This document shows, in pieces, positions 15,891 through 29,304 of a stretch of 64,000 nt of DNA. The notes under the pieces were generated by a model that had not been told where the DNA came from, did no database searches, and saw nothing but the letters and a program-made list of their open reading frames with translations. The stretch comes from Trichinella spiralis (lineage: Eukaryota), in assembly GCF_000181795.1 (NCBI RefSeq), contig NW_003526945.1:3638847-3702846 (forward strand), read 5' to 3'. The position numbers and the translations under genes are program-made. Position 1 is the stretch's first letter, and every line of letters starts with the position of its first letter.

Positions 15891-18800
15891 ATACTACTGG
15901 TAGTTACATTTTCACTTGTCATGTAACGCAAAAATAAATTCACTGAGTTTGATTCTTTTATTTGATAAAATTCAGTTTATTTTAAATCTGCAAAATAGTG
16001 ATAGATATGCATGATACAGAACAATATTCTTTATTTATTTTTGTGCATAATGTTTCAGTATATTTTTCTGTTTCATTTGCGTTATACTTTTGTCATTTAT
16101 TTTTTTGGTTCATTTTATGTTCATTGAAGTGTGTGGAAATATTTAAATAAAGGGATGTTGTTTCATCTTTTCTTAAATAAAGGCTTGTTGACATGCTATA
16201 ACTGTGTTGATGAGTGTTTAATTGCACTTCTATATGATGCTGTGATGCACAAATAATATGTGCATTATTTTTCAGATTAAACTTTTAATTCTGAAAAATT
16301 ACTTTTACTTTGTAAATGCATTAATTTTAAGTAGTTTGTTGCCTTCAGCAAAATCATACTTGCGTCTGCAATTAATCTTTTTCTTTTCCATGTGAAACAC
16401 TTTGGATACTGGTCTTAATTTTTGTTCATTGTCTGAAAAATGCTAATAATAGCAAATATTTATTTTGATAATAACAGTATGAACTCATCCGCTCATTGTG
16501 TATTATTATAATTCTGTTGACTGCAAGACACTGTCATTTTTTACATTATTCTTTAGATAAAGGAAGCAGCAAAATGAAAATTGAACAAGTAAATTATTTA
16601 GATTTTTATTCTTGATATTTAATTTTATGTCAAATTAACATTTAAAGAAAAAAATAAAAGAATTAGCTTTCATCGACATTGAATTTCGAAGGAACCTAGA
16701 CTGAGAGCAGAAACCAGAAAAGTTATCCAGGTTTTAATAGTTATGAAGTTGATGTAAAGCATTACTGATAACAAAGTGTTATGTAGGAAATATTATATTT
16801 GCATTTTATTATGAAAAGTAATTTCTAACTCGTAACACCCGAATTATGATAAAACGCATTAAATATAATATTGGTGAACAGTTCAGCAATGAATCATGAC
16901 TTTTGCTAGTAATCTGTTACAGCCCAATAATCAAGTGTATTCGTGCAATATTTATTTATATTTAACAAAAATTATTTTACAGATTCTCAACTGTTCTTTT
17001 ATTAATAGCTATGCCAGTAATATAGTCACTAAACTTCTTGTGTTCTGAACATTTTCTTATGTTTAACAAATAGTTCGCTTAATGCTTTAAGTGAATGCCC
17101 ATCTCTAAGCATTTGATTAATATTACATTTTTATAATCTCTTTTAATTTATCAATTATCAATAAAAACATTGCCGTATTTTAACTGTAACTAACTGTAGA
17201 AAATATGCGTTGCATTTGACAACTTTATAATTTTATTAATTATTCTGCAATATAGCATGTTTTTAAATTTTTGACGCAGACACTTTCAATTGATTAAGCA
17301 CTTGATGAATTCAGTTATTGCCGAACACTTTCCTTTAATTTCAATTCTACATGCACATCTTTCTGTTCATGCGTAACATATATTGATTTATTAAAAAAAT
17401 TTTTTTTTCTTCAATTTTTATATACGGAAATAAAGTATTGAAAAAATGCTTGTATATACAAAATTATTTTTTAATAACCAGTGTTTTTAAGTCACCCAAT
17501 TCTAAGCATATTTTATGACTTCAAAAAAATAGTTTTACTTTTCTCATTGGCATACATAAATATAAAAAAAAGAAATAATAATAAATGTGATTAAGCAATA
17601 AACAAAGCAATAGTAAATAAAAGCAGCTGTTTTAATGATAAAATGAAAAAGAGGTCAAAACTTTACTTGGCAATAAACGACCAACATTTGTTAGTCATTT
17701 ATCAGATAGCACACAGTATACTGCTTGGTCATGGTTTGCTAGCAAGCTATTGCAGAAGAGGGAACCGGTCTATTGTGTAGACAAGTGTACGCTTTCGATG
17801 TTGTTTGCCTTCAATGAAGTTAGACAGAGCCAAAAATCGGTTTAACTACTGAAAGATGAAAATTCACATTCAAGCGCATCGCTGTCAACACGCCCTTCAG
17901 CTTTTATGATTGATCATAGCAGCCGATCATTGATCGGAAACTCTTACAACGTTTGGATTGTCCTACTTGTATAACCTTATGTTATATAAAGCATAAAGCA
18001 ATGTATTTTTCATTTACCTTCTTTACACTGCATATTACTTGATATAAAAGTAGCATTTAAACTTCCCTCTGACAAATAATCGAGTTCATAATTTTCAATT
18101 TAATGCTTTATGCTATACATTACCAGTCGTTCTTTCTTCTATAATATTATGGCATTCCGTATAACTATTTTTTTACTTGTAAGTTGGTTATTCTATTTTT
18201 CATATTAAATTTCTTCATTCATTACAACTGATTTTTAAACTTTCATGTTTGCTCATGGATTGCGAAATATATATGATAGAATCAGTTTAACATTTCATAT
18301 CTATTCTATTCTTCAGTTTTCATTTTAATAATTTTTAATTTATACATTAAAAGGCAAAACATGAACCACCGCTTTCATTTTAGTACAATGCAGTGTTTGC
18401 AATGAGCGCAGTCTTTAACAATGCTATTAAAACAGTATTTAGGGTGCAATTGCATTTTTGTTCCTGTGAAATTAAATTATACAATATTTATTTTATTTGT
18501 ATTTTTTTCATTTTCGCATAATTTATTAAACTGCCTCTACTGCATCTTGCGTATTGTTGGCATAAAATGAGTTAGCAAACTTTAGACAAGCATTTTTATG
18601 GAATCTATATGGAAAAAAAATCAAAATTACGTAATGTTTACTTTGAAATGCTGACAATGTTGGGCAATCAATGCACTAACATTATTTTACCAATTTTGAT
18701 TTGTTTTCTAGAAAAAATTCTTAAAGAAATATTTTGAAAAATCAAAATACATTAGTTAATAATTTATATGCATCCAAAATATGATAATGAACTTTGTTCA

Positions 18801-19170
18801 GTTTTATGGAGATTTATTGTGTTGTTTCATCTTACTTTATTTTTAGGAACATTAAGTGAACTAACTTGCAAGATTCACGTAGATTATTTAAAATGAGTTA
18901 AAGAATGAAAGAGTTAAATAATGACTTTGGGAAAATTGGCTTTCCAATAAAATGAAAAAATTATTTAACTTTAAATTTTCACCATATTAGTAAATGATAA
19001 AAAATGATAAAACATTTATTTGATCACCACTGAATGGTGTAACATTTTTTCATCATTTCAAATTTTTACTCAATATTATTATAATGTTGAGTAGTATAGT
19101 GTATCTAAGCTATCTGCTTCTGTTATGTAACTGAGAAATTTAAAATGCACTAAATTTTGTTCTATTTTAG

Positions 19171-22100
19171 TTTGTTCTGGTTTTACCTATCATAGCCCAG
19201 AAAGAATATTACCAACACGGTAAGTGCTGCACTTGTGACGTATCGCATATCACGCGTTTGTCAGTTTACAACAATTCTGTCATGTAAATGTCATTCATAA
19301 GAAACCGATAAACATAATTTTTCATTCAAGCAAAACTTTTCCTGTAAAATGCATACATGAATAAATAATTTTTGCTAAGAACCACCTAGCCGTCATAATT
19401 TTTGATCAGCCCTGAACGTAAAATTTATGCAGCTATTTGCTGCTGCAATGATTTGTATGATTACATATGAGAATGTATAAAATATTAAAAAGCTTAACAT
19501 TATTATTTTAATGAAGGTTGCCTTTTTAGACTATGAAGTATGTTTAAATTATTTAAAAGTGTCTCTTCCATATTACTAATCTAGAATCATGCTTATTTGG
19601 GTTCTTAAAATAGCAAGTATTTTAACAGGACTGTATATATTTTGAACTCAAGCAATTGCATATAGAATGATGGCATTTTACTCTGGAGAGCATCTTCTTG
19701 AACTTTAAACGTTTTTCAAAGATTTTAAATCAGTGTTTTGTGGATTTTAGAATTGCAAACCAATTAATTTTACTTTTTTGCAGATAAAACTGCTTTAACA
19801 GCAAAATAATAGATCTGTGTAAAAACATGATCTTCCCTTTACTTTTACGCTAAAAATTTATTTAAAATTATGAGCAGAGACAAGAGACAAATGTTCTCGC
19901 ATTTTTTGTTGAAAATATGTGCTATAATTATTCCGTCGATTTCAATCGCGCAATCTAGATTTATATGTAATAAATTTCATCTATTTTTATTTATCTAACA
20001 AACGTAAAACTTTCTTAATTATGAAATTGCTTAATGATTCAAATGAATGACTTAAAATCAAATGCTGGTTTTCTTTTAATTACTCCCTTACATAAATACA
20101 TTTTGAAGCAAAGCAATGTTTAATCAAAATCAGATTGCACAGTTGAGCATTGATTACAACGCCAGATGCAATGTAGAACTTCTATTTGCAAAAACTCATT
20201 CGAGAATTATATGTAATTATCTAAATACTGTACAAGTTTTTTTTAATAATTGTTGAAACAACTTGGTTTGGACGAGCTGTTTCACAATAAACAATGTTGA
20301 TTTCTGAAAAATGTAACTGCTTTTGCCACATGTTTGGCTTTGTAATGCAGGTGCATTTCACATTTCCAACACAAAAAAAAACATTAGCAAAGTAAGATAA
20401 TTGTGGCTTCATAACTTAATAAAATAAAACAAACATTGATTTAAAGCAATCTTTATATTAATTTTTATAGTTATTCATAATAGTACATTTTATAGATGTA
20501 AACTGTAAGCCTCACCCAGTAGACGTTGTCTTTGTATTTGACAGTTCTCAGAGCATTAAAAAAACATTTGAACACCAAAAAGAAGTTGTCATCGGTATGG
20601 TGAAAAGGATGTCATTCAGACCAAATGCAGGCTTAGTGGGTTTAATTGAATACAGTCGTCATGTAAGTACACTGCTTCCGCTTCAATCACCTCAGTCAGC
20701 TGATCAAGTGACTTCAAAATTTCAAAGCTTGAAGCATATTGGAGCATATACTTTGACAGCAGATGCAGTAAAAATTGGCGTTGAACAGCTTCGATATGGT
20801 CGACCAGGAGTGGACAAGGTTTTCGTTTTAGTAACTGACGGTCATTCATTTAACAAATGGACTGACTTAGTCAAAGTAGCCGACAGCTTGCATGACACAG
20901 GTGCAAAAGTTATTATAATAGCTATAGCAGAAGATTTGTACATGCCTGAGCTACATGAATACGCCGGTGCCCACGGAACTATTTTTACCCGACAGAATGT
21001 TTCCGAAGTTGAAAATTATTTCGCTGCCTTAGTACATGACAAGTGTGAGACTGAAGTAGTTGCTGAAAAACACGAAGGTACAATTTAAGAGGCAGCAGAT
21101 AAACAAGTATCTAATATGGAAATTTTTAGATTGTGCTGCTGATATCTTGTTTGTTCTTGACGCTTCAGGAAGCGTGAGTGATGACATAAATTTAGAAAAA
21201 GCATTTATCAGAGAAGCTGTTAGCGCGTTGACGATACGGCCCACGGCGCATCGTGTTGCACTGATCGAATTCAGTAGTGAAGATATGCAAAAGTTGCAGT
21301 GGAATTTTGATAAATACACTGATAAAAACAAACTTTTAAAAGCTGTGGATGGCAAGAAAATATTTAACATTATGAATCTAATGACATGCATCATTTTTGT
21401 TTTTTTCATTTAGAATTGCCTTTCTTTGCTGGAACTACTTTCCTAGGTAAAGCACTGCAATTTGCCGAAGGTGTTGTTAAGAATCGACGCCCTGGCATTC
21501 CTTTAATCATATTTGTACTTTCTGATGGCATCAGTTATGACGATGTTGCTCAATCTGCCGCACGTTTGCGCACTTTACCCAAAACTCACGTGGTTTCTAT
21601 TGGTTTTACTACTCCTGTGAACAAGTAATTTATTAAAAAAATATTTTAAATGCAACAATTAATCAATCATAAGGCTAATTGAAATTGTACGTCAGAATAA
21701 TTTTTGTAAACAAGTTTCTTAGTAGAAATTTGTTATGCAATGTGAAAAATCGTAAAGCATATGAAATGCATTTATAGAAAAGCATAATCAAAAGGTACTG
21801 CGCTAAATGATTTCACAGAATAATATTTATGAGCAGCAGCTTTCAATTTGTTATTGTTGCAATTTCTGTGTTTGCAGGTCAAGTTTATTGATAATCTACA
21901 TTCTTTACCATGATAATGAATTTTAAACCATAAGAGTTTAGCAATATGACCTACATATATGTTCAGCATGCATTTCCAGTTTTTATAATATCTGATCATT
22001 ATAATCTGTTAGTAAATTAAAAAATTTTACTTAGTCATCTCATTTAGGTGCTTTGTTATTTTCAGCTTTCAAGCTACTATACTTTTCTTACTTAAAAATA

Positions 22101-23282
22101 TGACCCTTAATAAGTTTCGTAAGATTAGAATTGTTTTGTAAGTTTTCCAGCATGGCAAGCATAAAATCTCCTTTATTCTGCACTTTGTGTTGATGTAATG
22201 TTATAGAATTATTTTTATCAATTCTAATTGTATATTATTACAAAGGATGTTTGAGAAACAAAAGGTAAATTTTATTAATTAGCTTCATTTGATCTTTTCA
22301 TATAATTTGAATAAGTTTTAAATTGTTATGAAAGTTAAACGGTTGATTAATTTTTCTCAAGCATCTTTTGTAATGCTTTAAAAATAAAACGATGTACCAT
22401 ATAATATGAAATAATCAATTTTTTAATGATTATTCTAATTATTCCTTAACTTTATTCTAGACCAGAACTTATAATGATTTCTGGCAGTGCAAATATGACT
22501 TACACCCATAAGCAACTTCACAAAGTAAAGAAAGGAATAATGAAATCCAATTTGAATTGTGAACGAAATGCGGCATCAGAAAGTTCTTCAGAATCCTCAT
22601 CTGAATCTTCTGAATCAGCTTCATCAGAAGAGTCAAAACATGATAACAATCCATCAAAAGCTGTATCGTTAGCTGTTCACCAGTCGCCATATGGGCCTGC
22701 TTTTTCATTAGTGCAGAAAAATTTAGAACAGTCATTGTCAGAATGTGAAAGTAAATTTAGTAGTGCGTACTAAAAAAATATTTCAGTGCTTAGAATAATA
22801 TTATTGTAGGAAATCCACCAAATTTTCTTATTTTGATCGATTCTTCAAAAAAGCAGGGTTCGGTAGATTCAAGAAGAGAAGTAGCGATGCAATTAATTTT
22901 CAAATTTCTCCACCAAAACCCTAAAGTTCAGATCACAGTAGTGCAACATCCATATCCTGAAAAGATTGAAAATGTTGGCCAACGGATCAATTCTTATTTA
23001 TTAGACTGCCATTTTGATATGTTTAAAAATGAAGGCAACACCCATGAAAGTGGAAAGACACCTCCTGCGGTATTGATTACTGATGCTGTCCACAGAAAAC
23101 ATTTGCTTAACAAAGCCGTCCAGCTGACATCAGCTGGCCTCAATTTGTACTTTTTGACAGTTGATGAAAGCGAACAACCATCATCAGCTCAGCTCCGGAG
23201 CAGTGAACGCGTTTTTGGTCAAGACAATCTGAACGCGCTCTATGAAAAAATATTACAAAATAATGATTGCTTTGTAAAATAG
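19171..23282 (+). CDS. Secreted multi-vWA-domain protein (two MIDAS-type vWA domains plus a degenerate third); first exon not located
   Basis: Exon 19171-19219 FVLVLPIIAQ.. splices in phase to DVNCKPHPVDVVFVFDSSQSI..VLVTDG. Second domain DILFVLDASGSV..FVLSDG. Ser/Glu linker. Third domain LILIDSSKK..VLITDA. Stop at 23280-23282. Confidence 0.85.
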
Positions 23283-23712
23283 AAATTTTCCTTCAGAAGT
23301 TTACAATTTGTGATTTGCCATGTTTTGATTTAGCATATTCGATTTCATAGGCAACGTGACAATTTTTTGATGAAAATAGTTTAGACTTTGTGAACGAGAT
23401 GTGAATATACTGATTCTTTAATTGAACATGTTGAAACAGCAACCACTTATTGTAAAAGTTGAATCTTCCATTCTACGCTATGTATATGAAATACTTCTTT
23501 TTATATTCTGAAAATTTTGCATCTGAATGAAATAAGTGTAATAATAAAATAATTTGTAAAAATCATATTTTCTTTGTTTTTGCAGTTATTATTAAAAGTA
23601 CATTAATATTTTAAACTTGTGTATCATTTATATTTGTAATTTCAGTTCACTTTTTAAATTTTAAACTGAAAGACAGACAGCTAATGATAATTCTCAGAAA
23701 ATGGTGAAGATA

Positions 23713-25437
23713 TTACTGATCAATGTAGTGCATATAAGAATGTCCATCTGGAACAAAAGAGTGTTGATATCGAGCTGAATCAGTTAAAGTATTTAAATCA
23801 GATTTAGCAATAATTTGCTGAATCATTTCTTCCGTTAATCCGTACTTATCTTTCAAACCATGCATTTGGCGGATCCATTCTTTGAACGAATCTGCTTTTC
23901 CACCGAGTACATTGCTTAAATTATATATATTTCGGCCAAAATAATGTATCTTTTGAATATAATGTGTGCCCATGCTGTCAATGCACATTGTTGATATGAT
24001 CAATCCAAAAAAAATAAATAATAAAGTAAATATTAAAGACTGATCGTCCGCATTTGGAACCAAATCACCGAATCCTATCGTCAGTGCAGTTACTGCGCAG
24101 TAATAGAATGAATCCCAGTATTGCCAGAAGTGAAATTGATGAAAAAATGCTGCACATATTCCCACAAATAAAAGCAATATAAGAATAAGAAATAATGGTG
24201 GCGCTTTTGCTGACGTCTCACTTTCAACGTCCAGTTCATCTCTGATGTTTTTTGAAATTGATGCATCGATACATTCACCTGACTGAAAATGGTTGTCTGC
24301 ATTTTGTAAAATTGTCGATGGCTGCTTGCATTCAAATGAGCAGCGATATGGTAAATATTTTTGTTTCCAGCATTTCCAGAATGATTTTATCCATACAGAT
24401 AAAGACAAATATATGGACGAAAGCAAATCGACAGAAAATTTGCTGAAGTTACCGACCGTAACTAATGATAGAGGTATACCGATGCATGCGTAAAAAATGC
24501 AAAACAAGCGACCCCAAAAAGTTGTTGGAGCTAAGTTACCATATCCTATAATTAAAGTGAAAAGAAGTCAGTGAATTAGAAAAAATGTGGCATGCATATA
24601 TGTGTAAAATATCATATGCGCATATTTATTCATACTGTATATATATATATATATATATTTGTTTATTTATATATTTATTATATATCTCAAAAAATGCATG
24701 TAGATTATACTTATTATGTATGTTGAGCACACATTTATAAAATTTTCTGAATGCATTTCATGAAAAGATATTAAATTAATATATATATTTAAATATTAGC
24801 ATTTCGACTAAATTAATTGGTCAAAAATATTAAAATGCTTTGTAAAAATTTGCTTTCTACCTGGAATCAAAATTAATAACAGTTATTTAATTGAAGTATT
24901 TTTAATATTTCTTTTTTAATTAAGAATTATAACAAAAATGTTTCAAAACATTTGTTGTGTAAATGATTAATAATTCAGATCATACAATTTGCGTGGCAAT
25001 TCACGTTGGTCATAGTTAATGAAATTATACTCGTACATATTTAAAAATACTGCAATAAAAACTAACCGACAGTAGTTATTAATGTAGTAGAGAAAAGAAG
25101 AGCAGAACGAAGACTCCAAGACAACGAAGAATAGTTTCTACCCATGTCTTTAGCTCTAATTCCTTCTTTGAAAGCATAAAAAGTAGATTTTACCATTTTT
25201 TCTATTTCACTTTGACTAATGTTATTAAACTCCAGATCTGACAGACTTTGGTTGATCGTTGAACTCCACAGCTGCTCCAGTACATTGTTTTGAACAGCTC
25301 TTAAGCGTCTTGAAGCAGCAAGCTTGTGCTCTAATTCAAATGACTGTTCAAGTTTGACAAACACAACCGCACCGATTACAATGTATAAACATGTGCTTAT
25401 GACCAAAACGATATGTGGAAGAACAATGCGCGCCTTC
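23713..25437 (-). CDS. Two-pore-domain (TWIK/K2P, twk-family) potassium channel; more 5' exons probably lie upstream (to ~26355 or beyond)
   Basis: IVLPHIVLV..LYIVIGAVVF (M1). Pore 1 FSTTLITTVG|YGNLAP is split by an intron (~25066-24547). Pore 2 DSFYYCAVTALTIGFGDL. Also YIQKIHYFGR. Confidence 0.92.
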
Positions 25438-28400
25438 TAAAACCATATAAAATGTATTCTATTGCATCTACAAAGCATTTATTAATGATCAACTTATATT
25501 TAATTTTCATTTCAATCTTTGCATGTATTTGATGCAAGATAAATCAATACCAATACTCTTGTTTTCCCTTACTTGGGTTTCACTTTAAAATAATCTAAAG
25601 GTAACATAAGCAAGATAGCAAAACTGCTGTAAAATTTTAAAATCTATAATTCATATTTATATTTTTTGATAAAAAATTTACATACATAAATCCTGTTGCT
25701 TCTACTCAATTCTCATGATTACTTGTATTAAATTTTACAGTTATTTATGAATTAAATCAGTTTAATTTTACAGATTAATGAATAGACTATTGAATGTCAG
25801 AAAACAGATAAAAGATTAATATATAATACTAATATAATTGTTCAGATAATTAGCAAATAAAGATATTATTTATATTGCTAAAATAAACAAATAAAAGTGG
25901 AATCAGTGGACAAATTTTCTTTGAAAAATAATTTAATTTTGGCTTTTCATCAATTTTAGATATAATCGTGATAAAAGTTATTCTGACGTACAAGCACAAT
26001 TATCTGAAAACTTTTTGGTCAAATCAAAATTCTAATAATCAATACTTTTGGAGGTTACAACATGTGTAATAATATTTTTCTTTTGAAATAATAATTTATT
26101 TAAAATGCATTTTGTAAAAAATTGATCTAGTAATATAAGCATAATAAAATCGAGCATCGACATTGCATTGCCCATTGTCAAAAAGTCTTTAAAAGTTTTA
26201 CTTACGCTGTACAGCATTGAGTTTTTAGAAATTTTGCAGTTTGCAACTTCTGAATTATCAATTCCATTAATTTCACTATTTCTAGCTGCCCTACTGCATC
26301 TCGCTAGTGATGCAAAAGAAGATTCGTTGCTGTGAGTTGCTGGCCACGTATCCATTCCGTTGAATTCAAATGCCCAGGAAATGGCTCGGCTGAAAATTGG
26401 TAGCAATGTGAATGCTTGTTAATACTCCTTACTTCTTGTCAGTGATTCTTGTTAATGCAGACAAATTCCGCGTCATCAAACTTTTTCTTAACAATGCTCT
26501 GCGCTAATAACACTGAACTAGACGCTTAAAATTTGATTCCAATTTGACGCCTGCAAACCGCTTAATATGTCCAGATTAATACAGCACAAATAACAATGTT
26601 CTCGGTGTGATCAAAATTTCACTCGAGTCAGAGATCAAGTCACAGTGTTAACGTTGAAATCAATTTTGAACACATATTCTTGTAAATGATTGATTCAAAT
26701 TTCTTAGCTTAGCGTTATATTTTACGGATTTAATAGCTTGGACACTGAAACAAAATGTGTCAGATGTTTGCTAAATGGCTAATATGTCTCGTAAAAAAGT
26801 GCTCAGTAAAACTTTTCATTGCTTGAACGATTGCATGTGTGAGAAGCATTGATTTTCACTCACTAATCGACCGTGAAAATTGACGATATTCAGCTAACTT
26901 GAAAGGAAGTAAATAAAAAAGAGAATTTGAAGCTAATCGATGCGCATGACGATTTCTATTCATTTTCCAGGTAAGCTTAGCATAAGTGATTGAAAAGAAC
27001 CCTTATCTCAATCGACAACAGCTTTCGCGTGAAAGCAGTTTCAGTTCACTATTCAAACAACGTTGCTAAGCAATGTCAACGACTTTGCAATTGATCGCTT
27101 CACAACTGCAAGTGCAATCTCTTTGTGAGAACATTTTTTTTTGTTAATAAATTTATTTTGCAAAACTTTCAACTTAAAATTAGTTTATTAATTAATTTTA
27201 ATACACACTGAATTGTCTTATGTCGTCACATTAAATCAAAATTTTCTCCATGTATCTTACTTGGGTAATGCAATCAACAAATTATGCAAATTTTCTGATC
27301 ATCAATGAAATAGAACAGGCCGTGTTTGCGATTTTATGCATATGCAACAAAAGTGTCTCCTATCATATAATTGTATATATATATATTTCATAAACCTCAG
27401 TCCGTTTTTGCAAATTTTTCGAAAAACATCACTAATTTGTTAATCTACTGATATTTTTAAAATTTCCAAATGAAGTTTTCAGTCTGTCAAATTTATGACA
27501 ATATTTTAGATAAAAATTATATTTTATGACAACAAATGCTTTTATTAATATCATAGTGTGACTGAAATATTAAAATTACTTTTATTTCAAAAATGGACAC
27601 AACACAAGCAAACAAGTAAAAGTTAATGTTATATTATTTTCTTTAATTTGATTTGATTTGATTTGTTCATTATCATTTTTTACAATTATTTACAAATCTT
27701 TTTAATATTTTAGCATAAAAAATACATATATGTAGTGTTTATTTAAAAATAATGCAACGCGAACTTATTTTGTACTTAAAATAAGTAAAATTCATTTTTT
27801 TATTGTAAAAATTTTCATACTTTTACAAAAAAATAAAACAATATAAAGTGTTTAAAAAAATATTTTTTTCATGTTGGTGTAGAATTATGAAATACAACAT
27901 AATTTATCGTCCACAAATTGTTCTCTATAATATATTCATTGTTAATTTAACCTATTTTGATCATGTAAATACACAGCCAGACGAGTAATGGTGCACTTTA
28001 TTTATTAGCTAATCTGAATGGCATCACTTATGTAGTTCACCACGTTTCCGTTTATTCTGAAAAACAAATTACTTATCTTTTCTTTTAATCTGCACGGTTG
28101 GATTTCTGGTCACGTGGCGGTTATGCAGTTGACGTATGGTGCAATCATTCTTGAACAGGGTCAACTGTACTGGTGAGCTGAACTCTTGGTCTTCGTACTG
28201 AAGCAGCTGTTTAGGAAAAAAAAATTTTGCTAGTGCTATTGTAACTAGGTCATTATATATATATATATGATTAACCGTGGTAATTTGCGCGCAAATGCAA
28301 CAGAAGGCAGCTATGTAAATAATCATATATCCGCAGTGTAATATTGCAAGTCACTTACTGTTCTCAGTTCACAGTTTGCTCGATTACAGTTTACTGTGCA

Positions 28401-29074
28401 ACTATTACAACAGAGCAATTGTTGTCTGGTGCTAATTGGCAGCATTCCTTCAGGCGGTTCAATTTTTCATTGGATAAAAAGTACAAGAATTCTTTTTCAC
28501 ATTTTTTTCAAAAATTAGTTGTGATTTAAACATTTATTTAATATAAAAAAACTGCAGTATATTTTTTGAATAAAAATAGTAATAGGTACAAAATAAAAAA
28601 TACTCTATTAAATTGTCAGTTTATTTTATGAATCAATACAATGAGTATGTCAATATGGAGAGCTAAAACAGCTGAAATATTAATTCAGCTTATCATTTTA
28701 ACTCTTTCTATAAAATTTTGGTAATCTACTGGTTATATTCCATCGGTGTAATTTTGTCAAAGACAATTTATTATTTTAACAAACACATAATTTTTCTTAT
28801 TTTATTAAATATTTACTTTAAAATTTACATTTTCTAAAATTCTTCATTACTGGTGAATTGGATTTATATTTTTAAATTGTGGGTTTCCACCCTTTTACGT
28901 GTTTTGTCCAGCTTTGCATTGTCAAAACAAAAATGTAATGCATCCAGTTTACTTGATTATATGATCACAACTAGTCAATTCATGCAAGTAATAAAAAGTT
29001 CTAATACAATACATTAATATACAATGTAAACTACCTACTACTTATTACTAATAACTATCAATAAGTTGTACTAA

Positions 29075-29079
29075 TAATG

Positions 29080-29116
<37 letters not shown>
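29075..29116. repeat. (AAT)n microsatellite
   Basis: Direct reading. Confidence 0.95.
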
Positions 29117-29118
<2 letters not shown>

Positions 29119-29304
29119 GCAATGTAAATATGCATATAATATAAGAAAATTCATGCAATAATGCAGCTAACAATACAAAATAATTTATGGATAATAAATA
29201 GTCTAAAATGTGTGCTTGCCACTGATAAATAAATGAAGTTAAATGAAAAAGATTCGAGAGTCTCACAAAAACAAACTCCACAGACATATAACTGCTGTTT
29301 GATA

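Noticed and set aside
28125..28170. Hairpin tgcagttgac..gtcaactgta as a miRNA or snoRNA
   Set aside because: The stem is only ~10 bp with a large loop, too short for a pre-miRNA, and no convincing H/ACA boxes are present.
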